Assembly: GCF_009914755.1 (NCBI RefSeq)
Contig: NC_060942.1
DNA length: 64,000 nt
Reading direction: 5' to 3' (one strand)
Source of the DNA: the human T2T-CHM13v2.0 reference genome, Homo sapiens
Numbering within the stretch: the stretch's first letter is position 1; each line of letters begins with the position of its first letter. The position numbers were made by a program, and so were the translations under genes. The notes beneath the pieces were generated by a model. It worked only from the letters and a program-made list of their open reading frames with translations, made no database searches and had not been told where the DNA came from. Below, piece after piece: positions 1 to 17,176 of the stretch.

Positions 1-285
1 GTCACACAGCCATGAAATATTAGGCTCACCGACGCTTCGAAGGGTAAGAAAAATGGAATTTATTGGGCAAAAGGGAGAAAAGGAGAAACAGAGACTCTCA
101 GTAAAGTGAGTCCTGCTACCCAGCTTCCTGCCTCATAGATTGAATCCCAGCCTCCGTCCTGGAACAGAAGAGGCCAGGCTCCTCCCCGCTGCAAACTTCC
201 CCAGGCTCCACCTCAGTGTGCACTCCTGCCAGTGTGCAAGCTGGTCGGAAGTTCTGCTGGGGAGCCCTTTTTACTTGTTGTCTCA
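1..285 (-). mobile_element. ERV1-class LTR, MER61-like (runs off the window start)
   Basis: Reverse complement starts TGAGACAACAAGTAAAAAGGGCTCCCC and contains GGGAAGTTTGCAGCGGGGAGGAGCCTGGCC and CCCAATAAATTCC, matching my recollection of MER61-type LTRs; subfamily unverified. Confidence 0.65.
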
Positions 286-628
286 TTATTTGCATAGTTT
301 CATCAAGAATCTGTCCTTTTTTCCTGGGATTTAATTGGACATCCAAGGTCATACATGTGTTTATAAGGTATGAAAATACCTATTAAGGAAAAAGATTGTA
401 CTTTAAATGTTGAGCCAATACCTACTAAGTCCTCCACCTGTTCTATGGTTCCAGCCTCACATTGGTAAGGGAGTGTTTTCAGAAGGCCATGAATCTTACA
501 TTTTAGAACCCGGTGGAGGGAAGACTTCACCTATGTGTTTAACTCCTCTTTCTGAAGCTACATAAATAATCAGGGTCTAATATAGTCAGATAAACTTTTT
601 CTTTTTTTGATTAAGAATAACACTTGGA

Positions 629-928
629 GGCCGAGCCGGTGGCTCACGCCTGTAATCCCAGCACTTTGGGAGGCTGAGGTGGGCGGATCACGTGGTGAGG
701 AGATCGAGACCATCCTGGCTAACACGGTGAAACCCCGTCTCTACTAAAAATACAAAAAATTAGCCGGGCGTGGTGGTGGGCGCCTGTAGTCCCAGCTACT
801 CGGGAGGCTGAGGCAGGAGAATGGCGTGAACTCGGAGGCGGAGCCTGCAGTGAGCCGAGATCATACCACTGTACTCCAGCCTGAGAGACAGAGCCAGACT
901 CTGTCTCAAAAAAAAAAAAAAAAAAAAA
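629..928 (+). mobile_element. AluY, full length
   Basis: GAGATCGAGACCATCCTGGCTAACACGGTG and GGCGTGAAC diagnostics, A tail, 16-bp TSD AAGAATAACACTTGGA (613-628 / 927-942). Confidence 0.95.
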
Positions 929-1454
929 GAATAACACTTGGAGATTACTGACATGAAAATAAGGAACTGAGTTAGTTATGGATTAGCACTAACAGAGGAC
1001 ATATTTGTGATAGGGGACTGCTAAGGAAAAGTATCTAAAACTCTGACATAAAACATGTATTTTTAGTGTAATATTACATTATTAAAAGCTATCATCTCAA
1101 AGGCCAACCCAAAGATTACTTCATTTTCTTTTGACTTGGCCATGTATTAGTTGATTTGATCCTAGATGCTATGCAATTATGTGATAACTTCTAGGTTTCT
1201 CTCTAGTAGAAAAAGACAATGCCAGACCTTATGGATCTGTTTCCATGAAGGATATTAATCAGTTTTAATTCACAACTGATAGGAGTTCATCAAACATCAG
1301 AAAAACTGCTCTTGAGTGCATTTACTGTACACATTTTTGTGAATTGCTTCATTATATCACATTTCCAATTCCCTTTTTCTAATAAGTTTAATAAAGTTTA
1401 AATTTTATGCTTAATAACAAAAAATACAGTGCAATTGGGAATACATTTTTTTTC

Positions 1455-3045
<1,591 letters not shown>

Positions 3046-3060
3046 AATCAATTTTGCTTC

Positions 3061-3356
3061 TTTTTTTTTTTTTTTTCGAGGCGGAGTTTCACTCTGTTGC
3101 CCAGGCTGGAGTGCAGTGGCGCAATCTGGGATCACTGCAAGCTCCACCACCTGGGTTCATGCCATTCTCCTACCTCAGCATACTGAGGAGCTGGGACTAC
3201 AGGCCACCATGCCCGGCTAATTTTGGTTTTGTATTTTTAGTAGAGACCGGATTTCACCATGTTAGTCAGGATGGTCTCGATTTTCTGACCTCCTGATCCA
3301 CCCACCTTGGCCTCCCAAAGTGCTGGGATTACAGGTGTGGGCCAGCGCTCCCAGCC
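3061..3356 (-). mobile_element. AluY/Sc-like
   Basis: GCAAGCTCC, GCCATTCTCC, GTTAGTCAGGATGG; TSD CA(A/G)TTTTGCTTCT. Confidence 0.92.
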
Positions 3357-3979
3357 CAGTTTTGCTTCTAACATAGTTGTCTTATTCTAACATTTCTTGT
3401 TTTGGGGGAAAGAAAATCTGTAATTTTTTTTTTTTACTTGTTCTTGGAACCAGCTTTCCCACCTACTGATTTCCTCAGGAATAAGTGAAATAAATTTTGA
3501 CACAGGTTTATTTTGTATTTGTATGTGAGTTTTATTATTAAGCTCATTATTGTTTTATTATTAAGCAGAGAAAATTATACTCTGGCCATATAAATATCCA
3601 CAGTGTATTACTTTCAGAATGTCCTGATTTTTTCTCTTGCTATAAAGAAGACTCAGGGAATTTACAATAACACACCAGAGTGTTAGAGTCAGGCAGCCAT
3701 TGTCAGTTGGTGGGTCAGAACTGTACATAGATTTTGAAACAAACAACAGCTACAATGACAATTTCTTATAGACAGAAAATGTAAACCCATGCTTTATTTA
3801 CTTCTCTCCCAACGAACATAACTAGGCCTATTTTTTATTCTGAGACTTCTCTAAAGGGGCCTTTCATTTGTTCTATGACAGATAACTTGATGGATCAAGT
3901 GGGTTAAAACTAAAATAATAGTGTGAAACACCAAGTTATGTCCTTGTAAGCATTATATGTTGACATTTGCATCTAGACA

Positions 3980-4760
3980 TTTAAACATCTAGAGAACACT
4001 GATACCATCTTCACTTATTGACAATGGCATATTATCAATTCACTTTTCCAAAGAGATAGAAGTTACTTCTTTTGACTTACATCTGACTTCTTAAACTGTC
4101 AAATGAAGTAGCTGAGTATAACTCAGCTACTGAGTTATAACAGTATAATCATGAAATGATTTGAGGCTTTGAGACCCTGGAACAAACTTAAAACCACTAT
4201 ATTAATAGTGGCTACAAACTAGTATTAGCTGGAAGGGTTTTGAAAGATTATGTTGATTTCTTAGATATATTTGTGTCAGAGAGGCAACTGCAAGTTAATC
4301 TCTACTCTTAGTGAAAGGCTTAATGTGGACACCTATAAAATCCCCAGTGGTCATAACTTGCAGGAATCTCTCCAGAGGGACAGCATCATACCCAGTAGGG
4401 TGACATTAATTTCCTCAGGACAGATCAGCAATTAAAAAAAAATACAGAACTAGGCATGAGTCAACTTCTCCCTTAAAATTGTATTTCTCATCTAAATGAA
4501 AGCACATTTTAAAGAGAGAAAGATGTGTAAGATATAGAAATATTAAAGTAAGGGCTACAGAACATAATACAAAGCAAATGAAGAGAGGAGGCTAAATATC
4601 AAAGTTGTAGGTGGTGAGTTATACTCAGCTACTTCATTTGACAGTTTAAGAAGTCAGATCTAAGTCAAAAGAAGTAACTTCTGTCTCTTTGGAAAAGTGA
4701 ATTGATAATATGCCATTGTCAGTAAGTGAAGACCGTATCAGTGTTCTCTAGATGTTTAAA
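3980..4760. repeat. 146-bp inverted repeat (arms 3980-4125 and 4615-4760, ~490-bp spacer)
   Basis: Reverse complement of 4615-4760 matches 3980-4125 with 5 mismatches by manual alignment. Confidence 0.95.
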
Positions 4761-4974
4761 ATATTGTAAGACATTTGTTCATATAAAAATTGTTAATCAT
4801 CTTGCTTGCTATGGGCTTTTTAAAAACAATTAAGGGCTACTCCTTTTAGTAAACATGTAACTCTATACATTGAAAAAATCCAATTGTAAATTGACTTGCT
4901 ATCCTTTCCTTCAATACAAACATTAGCCTCAAATGCAAAAGTGGCATAGATTCAGAGTAAATTAAGTGAAAATA

Positions 4975-5985
4975 TGAAGGGGTGGCCAGCCCCTCCACAC
5001 CTGTGGGTACTTCTAGTCAGGTGGGATGAGAGACTGAGAAAAGAAATAAGACACAGAGTCAAAGTATAGAGAAAGAAAAGTGGGTCCAGGGGACCAGTGC
5101 TCAGCATACCAAGCACCTGCACCGGCACCGGCCTCTGAGTTCCCTCAGTTTTTATTGATTATTATTTTCATTATCTCAGCAAGAGGAATGTGGTAGGAGA
5201 GCAGGGTGATAATAGGGAGAAGGTCAGCAAAAAAAGGTGAGCAGAAGAATCTGTGTCATAATTAAGTTCAAGGGGAGGTACTATGCCTGAATGTGCACGT
5301 AGGCCAGATTTATGTTTCTCTCTGCCCAAATATCTCAGTGGAGTAAAGAACAATAAAGCAGCATTGCTGCCAACGTGTCTTGCCTCCCACCATAGGGTGG
5401 TTTTTCTCCTATCTCAGAATTGAACAAAGGTAAAATCAGGTTTTATACCGAGACAGTCCATTCCCAGGAGCAGGCAGGAGACAGTGGCCTTCCTCTATCT
5501 CAACTGCAAGGGCTTTCCTCTTTTACTAATCCACCTCAGCACAGACCGTTTATGGGTGTTGGGCTGGGGGATGATCAGGTCTTTCTCATCCCATGAGGCA
5601 TATTTCAGACTATCACATGGGGAGAAACCTTGGACAATACCCGGCTTTCCAGGGCAGAGGTCCCTGCCATTTTCCGCAGTGCATTGTGCCCTTGGTTTAT
5701 CGAGACTAGAGAATGGCAATGACTTTTACCAAGCATACTGCTTGTAAACATTTTGTTAACAAGGCATAGCCCTAGATCCCTTAAACCTTGATTCCATACA
5801 ACACATGTTTTTGTGAGCTCAAGGTTGGGGCAGAGGTTGGGGCAAAGTGATTGGGGCAAAGTTACAGATTAACAGAATCTCAGGACAAAGCAATTGTTCA
5901 AAGTACAGGTCAAAATGGAATTTATTATGTCTTCCCTTTCTACATAGACACAGTAACAGTCTGATCCCTCTTCCTTTTCCCTACA
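4975..5985 (-). mobile_element. Solo LTR5A (HERV-K HML-2 family)
   Basis: Minus strand starts TGTAGGGAAAAGGAAGAGGGATCAGACTGTTACTGTGTCTATGTAG and ends GGCCACCCCTTCA; ~1010 bp; TG...CA termini; 5-bp TSD AAATA (4970-4974 / 5986-5990). Confidence 0.9.
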
Positions 5986-6054
5986 AAATAGAAATGATCG
6001 TTAGCAACAGAAGAAAACTAAAATGAATAACTTATTTTTTAAAAGTAACATATT

Positions 6055-6743
<689 letters not shown>

Positions 6744-7087
6744 TGCAGCAGTGTATTATGCTTATGCTTAGGATTTAGGCTGAACTACCATTTAAAATAT
6801 ATTGTATCCTTTCACTCTTCCTTTCCTAAGATCCCACATAGATATTGTAGAGAAGTCCAAACTCAACACCATTTGTTTACATTACTAAGGTCTTTAAAAT
6901 TTTAAATAGATTTAAGTATTTAACTTAACCAAAACTAAACGCCTAGAGACTTGTCTCCACAGAAAATGAGCTTAATTCATATTTTTCTCAAACAGTTGCC
7001 AAAACCTTAAACTTGAACCCATTTTCAATGCAAGTAGTGGCTAACTTTTTTTGTGCATATCTTTTTGCCTTTTTGCCATTTCCTTAG

Positions 7088-7396
<309 letters not shown>

Positions 7397-7817
7397 TGTG
7401 CCTATATTTTTAAAATATCAAAGGTTTATCTGAAATAAAGAGAAACTACAGGATTTTGTTCTGAGATTCAGTCAAGACCTGGTAAGACAGATAATTTAGA
7501 GCAAGCTTTGATCTTATCAATGTTTATATCAGCTGAAAGAAACACTCTCACACTCAGAGTCTTTCCTAGTGATTAAAGAATTTAATTTTCATTCACAATT
7601 CACAGTAAGGAATTGTTGTAAGACAATACTGGATTTCAATGTAGCATTTTCTCCTTTTTTTGTTGTTTTAATGGCATAATATGCTATGTGTGAGGTCAAC
7701 ATGAGGAGTGACAAAAAGAACAAGTTTATAAATGTGGTTATATTGTCCCCTAACCTAGGAAAAAATGACAATATTAACATTAAAATTTGCATTGTTTGCC
7801 TCTGGCTTTCATGGGAA

Positions 7818-7867
7818 TTGTTTTGTTTGTTTGTTTGTTTTTGTTTGTTTTTTTGTTTTTGATTTTT
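7818..7867. repeat. (TTTG)n-like microsatellite
   Basis: Visible TTTG/TTTTG tandem units. Confidence 0.85.
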
Positions 7868-8079
7868 ACAGTTGGTATGCCATTTTTTAATGTTACCTAT
7901 AACTAGCATTAGAATTGTATGGGAGCTTTTGTTTCTTTTGTTTTGGAGGATGTGATTCTTAAAATGAAATTAATTTTTTAGAACATAAAATATATCAAGG
8001 GAAGGACATTTCTAAGAGTAATACTGGAAAAGAACAGTTAATCGGTGAATTCACCAGTAAGTTTAAGTCAATTTAAAAT

Positions 8080-8945
8080 TAACTTAGCAAATTATATGTT
8101 CATAGCACTCTGTGAACCAGTAGGGAATACAAAAATGAAAAAATCCTGACGCTGTTTTATCAGTGAAAAGAGACAGGTCATTAACTTACTAAAATGTACG
8201 GCAGAGTAATGTAGGTGCTAAATTATGACATATACAATAAAGTCTGCGGGAACCAAAGGATATGTCAATGAGTTTCAATAAATGTTCAGGGACATCTTCA
8301 GAGAGGACAGAACAGTGGAATTTTTTAATTTAAATTTTATGGGGGATAGTAGGAAATTCCAGGTGGCCAGATGGTTTGACTAAATGCATGGTAGTTAGAA
8401 TGTGTTGGCTTTATTCATGAAACAATGAATTCCATATGTCTGGGACATTAGGTACTGATGTGAACATGGAAGAAAAGTGTGGGGGCAAAGGAGAAAAAGG
8501 ATAAATGGGAATTTCTGTCTACATTATGCCAAGCATTATAATTTTACTTTCTAGACCAAGAAGATATTTTTATGTTTTTTTGGGGGCATACAAGTGACAA
8601 AGTGAGATATTTATGCCTTAGGAAGGTTAGTTGTATCAAAATGTAGAAAATATTTTAAGAAATAAGAAATAAAGACTGTATGGAAAACTTTGAGATATTT
8701 TAAAAATAGGCTAAATTAAGAGCTTAAACTAGAAAAATGTTTTTCTAAGAGAAATAATGTGTTGGTACTATTAAACATGATAGGGGAAAATTGATGGGAA
8801 TCAGTGACTAATTAAACATGAGATGTAAGGAAATGAAATAATTTGATAGAATTCTGAGGTTTTAAGCCTGGGTAACTGGGAGAATGGTGATGCATTTTGC
8901 AGAGGTAGGAAATGTTGAAAATACAACTGATTTTTGAAGACTAGT
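8080..8945 (-). mobile_element. Probable L2 fragments
   Basis: Motifs such as GGGAATACAAAAATGAAAAAATCCTGAC and GAGGTTTTAAGCCTGGGTAACTGGGAGAATGGTGATGC resemble antisense L2; highly diverged. Confidence 0.5.
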
Positions 8946-8952
8946 AATTTTA

Positions 8953-10437
<1,485 letters not shown>

Positions 10438-10484
10438 TATGCACACATATGCAGGGGCATGCAGAGAGGGCAATTCCTGTGTCC

Positions 10485-10635
10485 CAGGCACTGCTTTATG
10501 CTTGATAAATCTGTTATTCACCCTCACTACAATCTTACCCAGAGACAGGCACCATTATTTTCCCCATTTCACAAATAAATAAACTGAACACAGGTAATTT
10601 ATGTAACTTGCCTAAGATCACATAACTGGAAAAGA
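10485..10635 (-). mobile_element. MIR
   Basis: Antisense MIR core: ATTATTTTCCCCATTTCACAAAT...AAACTGA...GTAACTTGCCTAAGATCACATAACT. Confidence 0.75.
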
Positions 10636-10813
10636 GAGAAAAGAAATTTAAGCTGATTATAGAGCTCTTTCTATTAACGATTATGATATACTTTGTAATG
10701 TTATTTCTAGCTTTGATCATTTTATGAAGGAAAATAAAATAGATTAACAAAATTCAAAAATCTTTAACATAAAATTATAAAAGAACTTGATTAACGTTAT
10801 AAAGTGAGGGATA

Positions 10814-11436
<623 letters not shown>

Positions 11437-11785
11437 AAAGTGAAGGATAAATGGAGAGAAAGAAAAACAATCATAGAGATTCCCCTTAACTTCTACCACT
11501 AAAAGCAGACACACACACACACTCACTATAAGAAACAAGGTCAAAAGGAAAATGTCTTTACATATGAAGCCTTCCATTTACAGCTTAACTATCCCTGGAG
11601 GCCACATCTAAGGACAACCCTTTTAAAAAGCCATGGTGTGTAAGTGAATATGTATTTTGTGTATATTCAGTATATTCAAGGTAAATAGTGGTTTTTATTA
11701 AAATAACAAGGGAAAAATAGTGGACCTTCATCTCTCATGAAGAACATGACAGGATGAACTGTTTAGGTCAAATTTTAAAAGACCA

Positions 11786-12115
11786 GGCTGGGTGCGGTGG
11801 CTCACACCTGTAATTCCAACACTTTGGGAGGCCAAGGCAGGCAGACCGCCTGAGGTTGGGAGTTTGAGACCAGCCTGACCAACATGGAGAAACCCTGTCT
11901 CTACCAAAAATACAAAATTAGCCGGGCGTGGTGGTGCATGCCTGTAATCCCAGCTACTCTGGAGGCTGAGGTAGGAGAGTGGCTTTAACCCGGGAGGTGG
12001 AGGAGGTTGCTGTGAGCTGAGATTGCACCACTGCACTCTAGCCTGGGCAACAGAGCAAGACTCCGTCTCAAAAAAATAAATAAAAAATAAATAAAAATAA
12101 AAAATAAAAAAATAA
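11786..12115 (+). mobile_element. AluSp-like
   Basis: GGTTGGGAG and CCTGACCAACATGGAGAAACC diagnostics; (A)nT tail. Confidence 0.92.
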
Positions 12116-12166
12116 GAATTAGGAAGACCAATTTAATAATAAGGTAAGTTACAAAGAAAATTTGTA

Positions 12167-12467
12167 GGCCGGGCGCGGTTGCTCAAGCCTGTATCCCAGG
12201 ACTTTTGGAGGCTGAGGTGGGCAGATCACGAGGTCAGGAGATCCATACCATCCTGTCTAACATGGTGAAACCCCGTCTCTACTAAAAACACAAAAAATTA
12301 GCCAGGTGTGGTGGTGGGTGCCTGTAGTCCCAGCTAATCAGGAGGCTGAGGCAGGAGAATGGCATGAACCCTGGAGGCAGAGCTTACAGTGAGCCAAGAC
12401 TGCACCACTGACTCCAGCCTGGGCGACAGAGCAAGATTCCATCTCAAAAAAAAAAAAAAAAAAAAAA
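12167..12467 (+). mobile_element. AluY-like
   Basis: ATGGCATGAACC and GAGCTTACAG; TSD AAAGAAAATTTGT. Confidence 0.93.
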
Positions 12468-13111
12468 GAAAATTTGTGAATTTGTATGCAGTTCAGTTGC
12501 CTGACCCATAAATAAACATGAATGAGTAAAATGGAAGTTCAGCTTAATAATGAGCTATTGCACAATAGGAAGAAATAAATTAGGGATGGATACAAATTGA
12601 AAGAAGGATAAATGCATGCTAACTTCTTATCTTGATCTATAAGTCTAAAAACATCTTAAAAGACCAGATGATTAAAAAAATAGTAACTTTAATTGTTAAA
12701 AATTATCATTTATTTTTCCTCAGGTGGTGGCTCAGTGTTCACTCTGAAAAATGAAAAATTGCCCATTTTTGTGAAAAAGTTCTACTGATATGTGAAGTTA
12801 CCACATTTATTCATTGAATTCTCTTCCTGAATGAATGACATAGAACCCCAATAGATAAATTAATATGTTAAAATTAAAAGATTATCTAATAAACAACTTT
12901 TCTGTTTTAATAAAATTGTATTTTGATATGTTTGAAAGATTTTTATTGTAGTGAAAAATATATATAAAATAAAAAATAATGATGTTGGATAACATCATAA
13001 ATGATTTCTAAGGTAGAAGATTCTATTGTTTAGAAAAACATCTTTGAGAGTCTTTTTTCATGAGGCACTAAATTCCTTGGTATAATAGGGTACCCTAGAC
13101 AAAGTAGCTTG

Positions 13112-13408
13112 TTTTTTTTTTAATTTTTTTTTGAGAGTCTTGTTCTGTCACCCAGGCTGGAGTGCAGTGGCACAAATCTCGGCTTTTTGTGACCTCTGCC
13201 TCCCAGGTTCAAGTGATTATCTTGCCTCAGCCTCTTGAGTAGCTGGGATTACAGACACACACCATCATGCCCAGCTAATTTTTGTATTTGTAGTAGAAAC
13301 AGGGTTTCACCATGTTGGTCAGGAGGTTTTGAACTCCTGACCTCGTGATCCACCCGCTTTGGCCTCCCAAAGTGCTGAGATTACAGGCATGAATCACTGC
13401 GCCCGGCC
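13112..13408 (-). mobile_element. AluS (Sg-like)
   Basis: Antisense Alu dimer with GACCTCGTGATCC. Confidence 0.92.
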
Positions 13409-13646
13409 ACTTTTAGAATATTTAATGCTTCATAAATATGATGTAAAAAAGGGCGAGCTGTAACATTAAGTAGTAACTAAGAGGAGTGCCAAGTTACCAC
13501 CAGGCAGTTAGCAAGACGGGGCAAGGCAGCCCCAGGTGTAGAATTAATAATGTGAGAGAGACTAGAAGTTCCAAGAAAATGGTAGGGTGGGGTGGAGAAA
13601 TTCCTTCTGATGGGAAAAAATGAGGAGATTCAGGATAGTGGTGGCA

Positions 13647-13785
13647 ATATATGCATGTATATATGTGTGTGTGTATATATGTGTATACGTGTATATATGT
13701 GTGTATGTATATATGCATATATATGTATATGTGTGTATATGTGCATATACATGCATATATGTGTATATATATGCATGTTTATGCA
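13647..13785. repeat. Alternating purine-pyrimidine (TA/TG/CA) microsatellite
   Basis: ~140 bp of TATG/TGTG/CATA units. Confidence 0.92.
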
Positions 13786-14059
13786 TTTTGCTGCTCTTTG
13801 TGGGATGTAATTCTCCCTTATCTCCTCCACATAGTGGTCTTGAATTAATGGTGCTTGGTGCTAAGGTGGGGGTGAAAGTGGAATGAGTCCCCTCACTAGA
13901 GGGAACTGAGTAGAGAAAACATGATCTGCTCTGGAGCACAGAGAAGAGGGCAGGCTCCAACAGTAAGTGAGGAGAGGCCAAGCCCAACTAACCAAGAAAC
14001 TCCCAGAAAATATGGAAGACTCTGAATGCTGTGAAGCACAGGGGATAAAGGAATCAAGA

Positions 14060-14231
14060 TTTTTTTTTTTTTTTTGAGATGAAGTCTCACTCTGTTGCCC
14101 AAGATGAGTGCAGTGATGTGATCTTGGCTCACTGCAACCTCCGCCTCCTGGGTTCAAGCTATTCTCCTTCCTTAGACTCCTGAGTAGCTTGGATTACAGG
14201 CACCTGCCACCATGCCTGGCTAATTTTTTTG
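14060..14231 (-). mobile_element. Alu right arm only (5'-truncated)
   Basis: Poly-T plus antisense right monomer ending at the linker. Confidence 0.88.
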
Positions 14232-14802
14232 TGTCTGTGATAATATTTTGTCTTCAGCAAAATTCTATTATTGACCTTAATACATAGAACCTTATTCGTC
14301 TGCATGTCTGGTTTGTGAGCAGAGATTATTTTGAGTCCTCAAAACCTAGAGCAGTGCAGTTGTAAAAGGCTTTGACTGAAGTCTTAACAAATATTTGCTA
14401 AACTGAATTTTGTAGAAATGTTCCAGACTTTAGCATGGCATTTACAATTCACACATTCTTGTTATATTCAAATAATAAACTTTACTGAGTCAGCAGCATT
14501 TAATATTAACAAGAAAACAGTGAAATAATGTATGGATTAATTCTGAATTGCAAATTTAACTTTAATGTTAAAAGTTTCCATAAGTTATCTCCAAGCCTGG
14601 AAATAAATCCAAAATTGGTCTTAGTTATATATTTGTAAAATGCATATTCATATGAAGAATGAAACGCATCATCCTATATCTTCCCTTTTTTTTTTTTCTG
14701 ATTTTGTGACTTGGATTTATTTTTACCAAAATTCAGGGATTCCCCCCTAATCCCAATGAGAATAATGTCTTAAATAAATGGAATTAAGAAACTTCAAAAT
14801 TC

Positions 14803-15097
14803 TTTTTTTTTTTTTTTGAGATGGAGTCTAACTCTGTCACCCAGGCTGGAGTGCAGTGGTGCAATCTCAGCTCATGCAATTTCCACCTACCCAGATCAAG
14901 GGATTTTCTTGCCTCAGCCTCCCGAGTAGCTGGGATTACAGGTGTGTGCCACCATGCTCGGCTAAATTTTTGTATTTTTAGTAGAGATGCGGTTTCACCG
15001 TGTTGGCCAGGATGGACTCGATCTCCTGACCTCGTGATCCACGTGCCTCAGCCTCCCAAAGTGCTGGGATTACAGGCGTGAGTCACCGCACCTGGCC
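14803..15097 (-). mobile_element. AluS (Sc/Sg-like)
   Basis: Antisense dimer, TSD CAAAA(T/C)TCTTT. Confidence 0.92.
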
Positions 15098-15846
15098 CAA
15101 AACTCTTTAAAGTACTCAACCTATCATAAGACTAGTAGGTGTTTCTCAACTCTCCTTCTCAAAACATGAGATCATGAGGTCTTAATGCTGAAGATTATTG
15201 ATTATTTTATGTAGAGAACATGGAAGAAAGCTGGACTGTGCTCAGGCTCAATCAGCTCCACTTGCACACCTCTCAGCAATTCTCAATTCTCACCACCAGA
15301 GAGAAGAAGGCAGTCCCTACCTGACCATCACCTGGCCTGGCTACCTTATCTGTCTAAACAGTGCATTGCAGGAGCCCCTTTCCTTTCTGTGCTGTTTTAT
15401 TTTTTCTCCCCCAGCACTATTTTTCTAATTAGAATAATTGAGGAGAAATACAAGATTTTCATGGAATGAAAGCAAAAGTCTTCCAAGTATGAGAAAAATA
15501 GAACAAAGGCTGTTTATATCCATATTGATTATAGTGGGAAGGTATTATTGTAATAAATGTGATGGTTATTAAAGCAAGTCTTGATTTTAAGGAAATGTTT
15601 TATCTTGGGACTGTGACAGGAGATTATGTGATGTTCATGAGATGATCATACTGTCTCTGTCCAGGTCCCTGTAACATGTAGAACACAACCACGGTAGAGG
15701 TTCAGTCCCATTTCATTTACAGAAACAGCTTGTTCCTCAGTAGTATTCTATATATAAAAAGTAAACACACGCACTATAGTTCATAGAGAATACATTCACA
15801 TGGATTACTAGGAAAACTAAAGTATCCTTTAAAAATAATTTAAAAA

Positions 15847-16176
15847 GAGCCAGGTGCAGTAGCTCATGCCTGTAATCCCAGTACTTTAGGAGGCTGAGGA
15901 AGATGGATCACTTGAGGTCAGGAGTTCAAGACCAGCCTAGCCAACATGGTAAAACTCCATGTTTACTAAAAATACAAAAATTAGCCAGGTGTGGTGGCAT
16001 GCTACTCTAATCCCACCTGCTCAGGAGGATGAAGCAGGAGAATCACCTGAACCTGGGAGGCAGAGTTTGCAGTGAGCCAACATCACGCCAGTGCACTCCA
16101 GCCTGGGTGACAGAGCAAGATGTTGTCTCAAAAAAAAAAAAAAAAATAAAGAAATAAAAATAAAAATAATAAAAAA
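15847..16176 (+). mobile_element. AluS
   Basis: Alu dimer with long A-rich tail. Confidence 0.92.
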
Positions 16177-17176
16177 GGCATTCTTCTCAAAAAACTACCT
16201 CTCTATTAGATATTTTTTATCTCAAAACATAAAAGGTAAGTTTTGAAATAACTAATAGTTAATAAGAAAAACATGTAAATAGTATGTAACTAGAATTGTT
16301 AATTTCTTGAAACTTAAGGTTTGTTTTTATGTTATGTTAGCAGGATATGTAAATCTAATGGCATTCAAAAAACATAAAGTGAGAAAAAAAGAGGCTGGTA
16401 TTGAACATGCATGTATTTACTATATTCTAATAATGGTCAAGTTGTTTAATTTCTTCATGAATGTCTAGGCTTCATTAGAAGTCTTCAGCTAAAATTTTGC
16501 CCATTTTGGTGAAGGAAGTGTGTGTCACATAAGGAGAGCTTAATGTTAGTATTTGCCACAGCCTTACTAATATAATCCTATAATATTGTTCTCCGTGTTC
16601 CCAAAATTAAAAAGTAGTCTAATTCTACATATGAATTCAAAATAAATGTATACTGTTATGTGTTATGTGGCATAACTCAAAATAATTAGAACTAAACACA
16701 GCTCTTATTTTCTCACACATACTGAGTATGGAATTACTATTATTTTTGTTTCCTTAATCAGAGGTAGGTGAAACTTGATAATATAGTCACTGACTGAAGG
16801 GCATTGTTTTGCCAAAGTTCGTTAAGTTAAAAAATATTTTGAATCAATAAATGTCTTTCATTAAAATATTCACCTACATAAAATAAGTATTCAGAATTGC
16901 ATAGGACATATGAATGTCATCTTTCTTTTGCTGTTCATTTACCCAACATTTTTCTTCTTTTTGTATATGCCAGGTTGAAAATTATCATCCCATACTCTTT
17001 TCAGCTAAGAATAGTTCTGTGTTGGGAATATCTTGAATTTCCCTCAAGGGTTGATGTTATTGCCCACAAAGAATTTAGGCAATTTTGATGGCCAGAATGA
17101 AAACAGGCAGCTAAGATATTTATTTTTAAAAGAAAAGAATAGAAAACTTTGTAATCTAATCATGCATCGTAGGAAG

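Noticed and set aside
500-557. Possible 58-nt minus-strand exon (TATGTAG|...AAAT|GTAAGA)
   Set aside because: Weak polypyrimidine tract and unrecognised translation; not supportable from sequence alone.
13494-13987. Overlapping Y/I/H/V/C-rich ORFs
   Set aside because: Translations of a TA/TG microsatellite.
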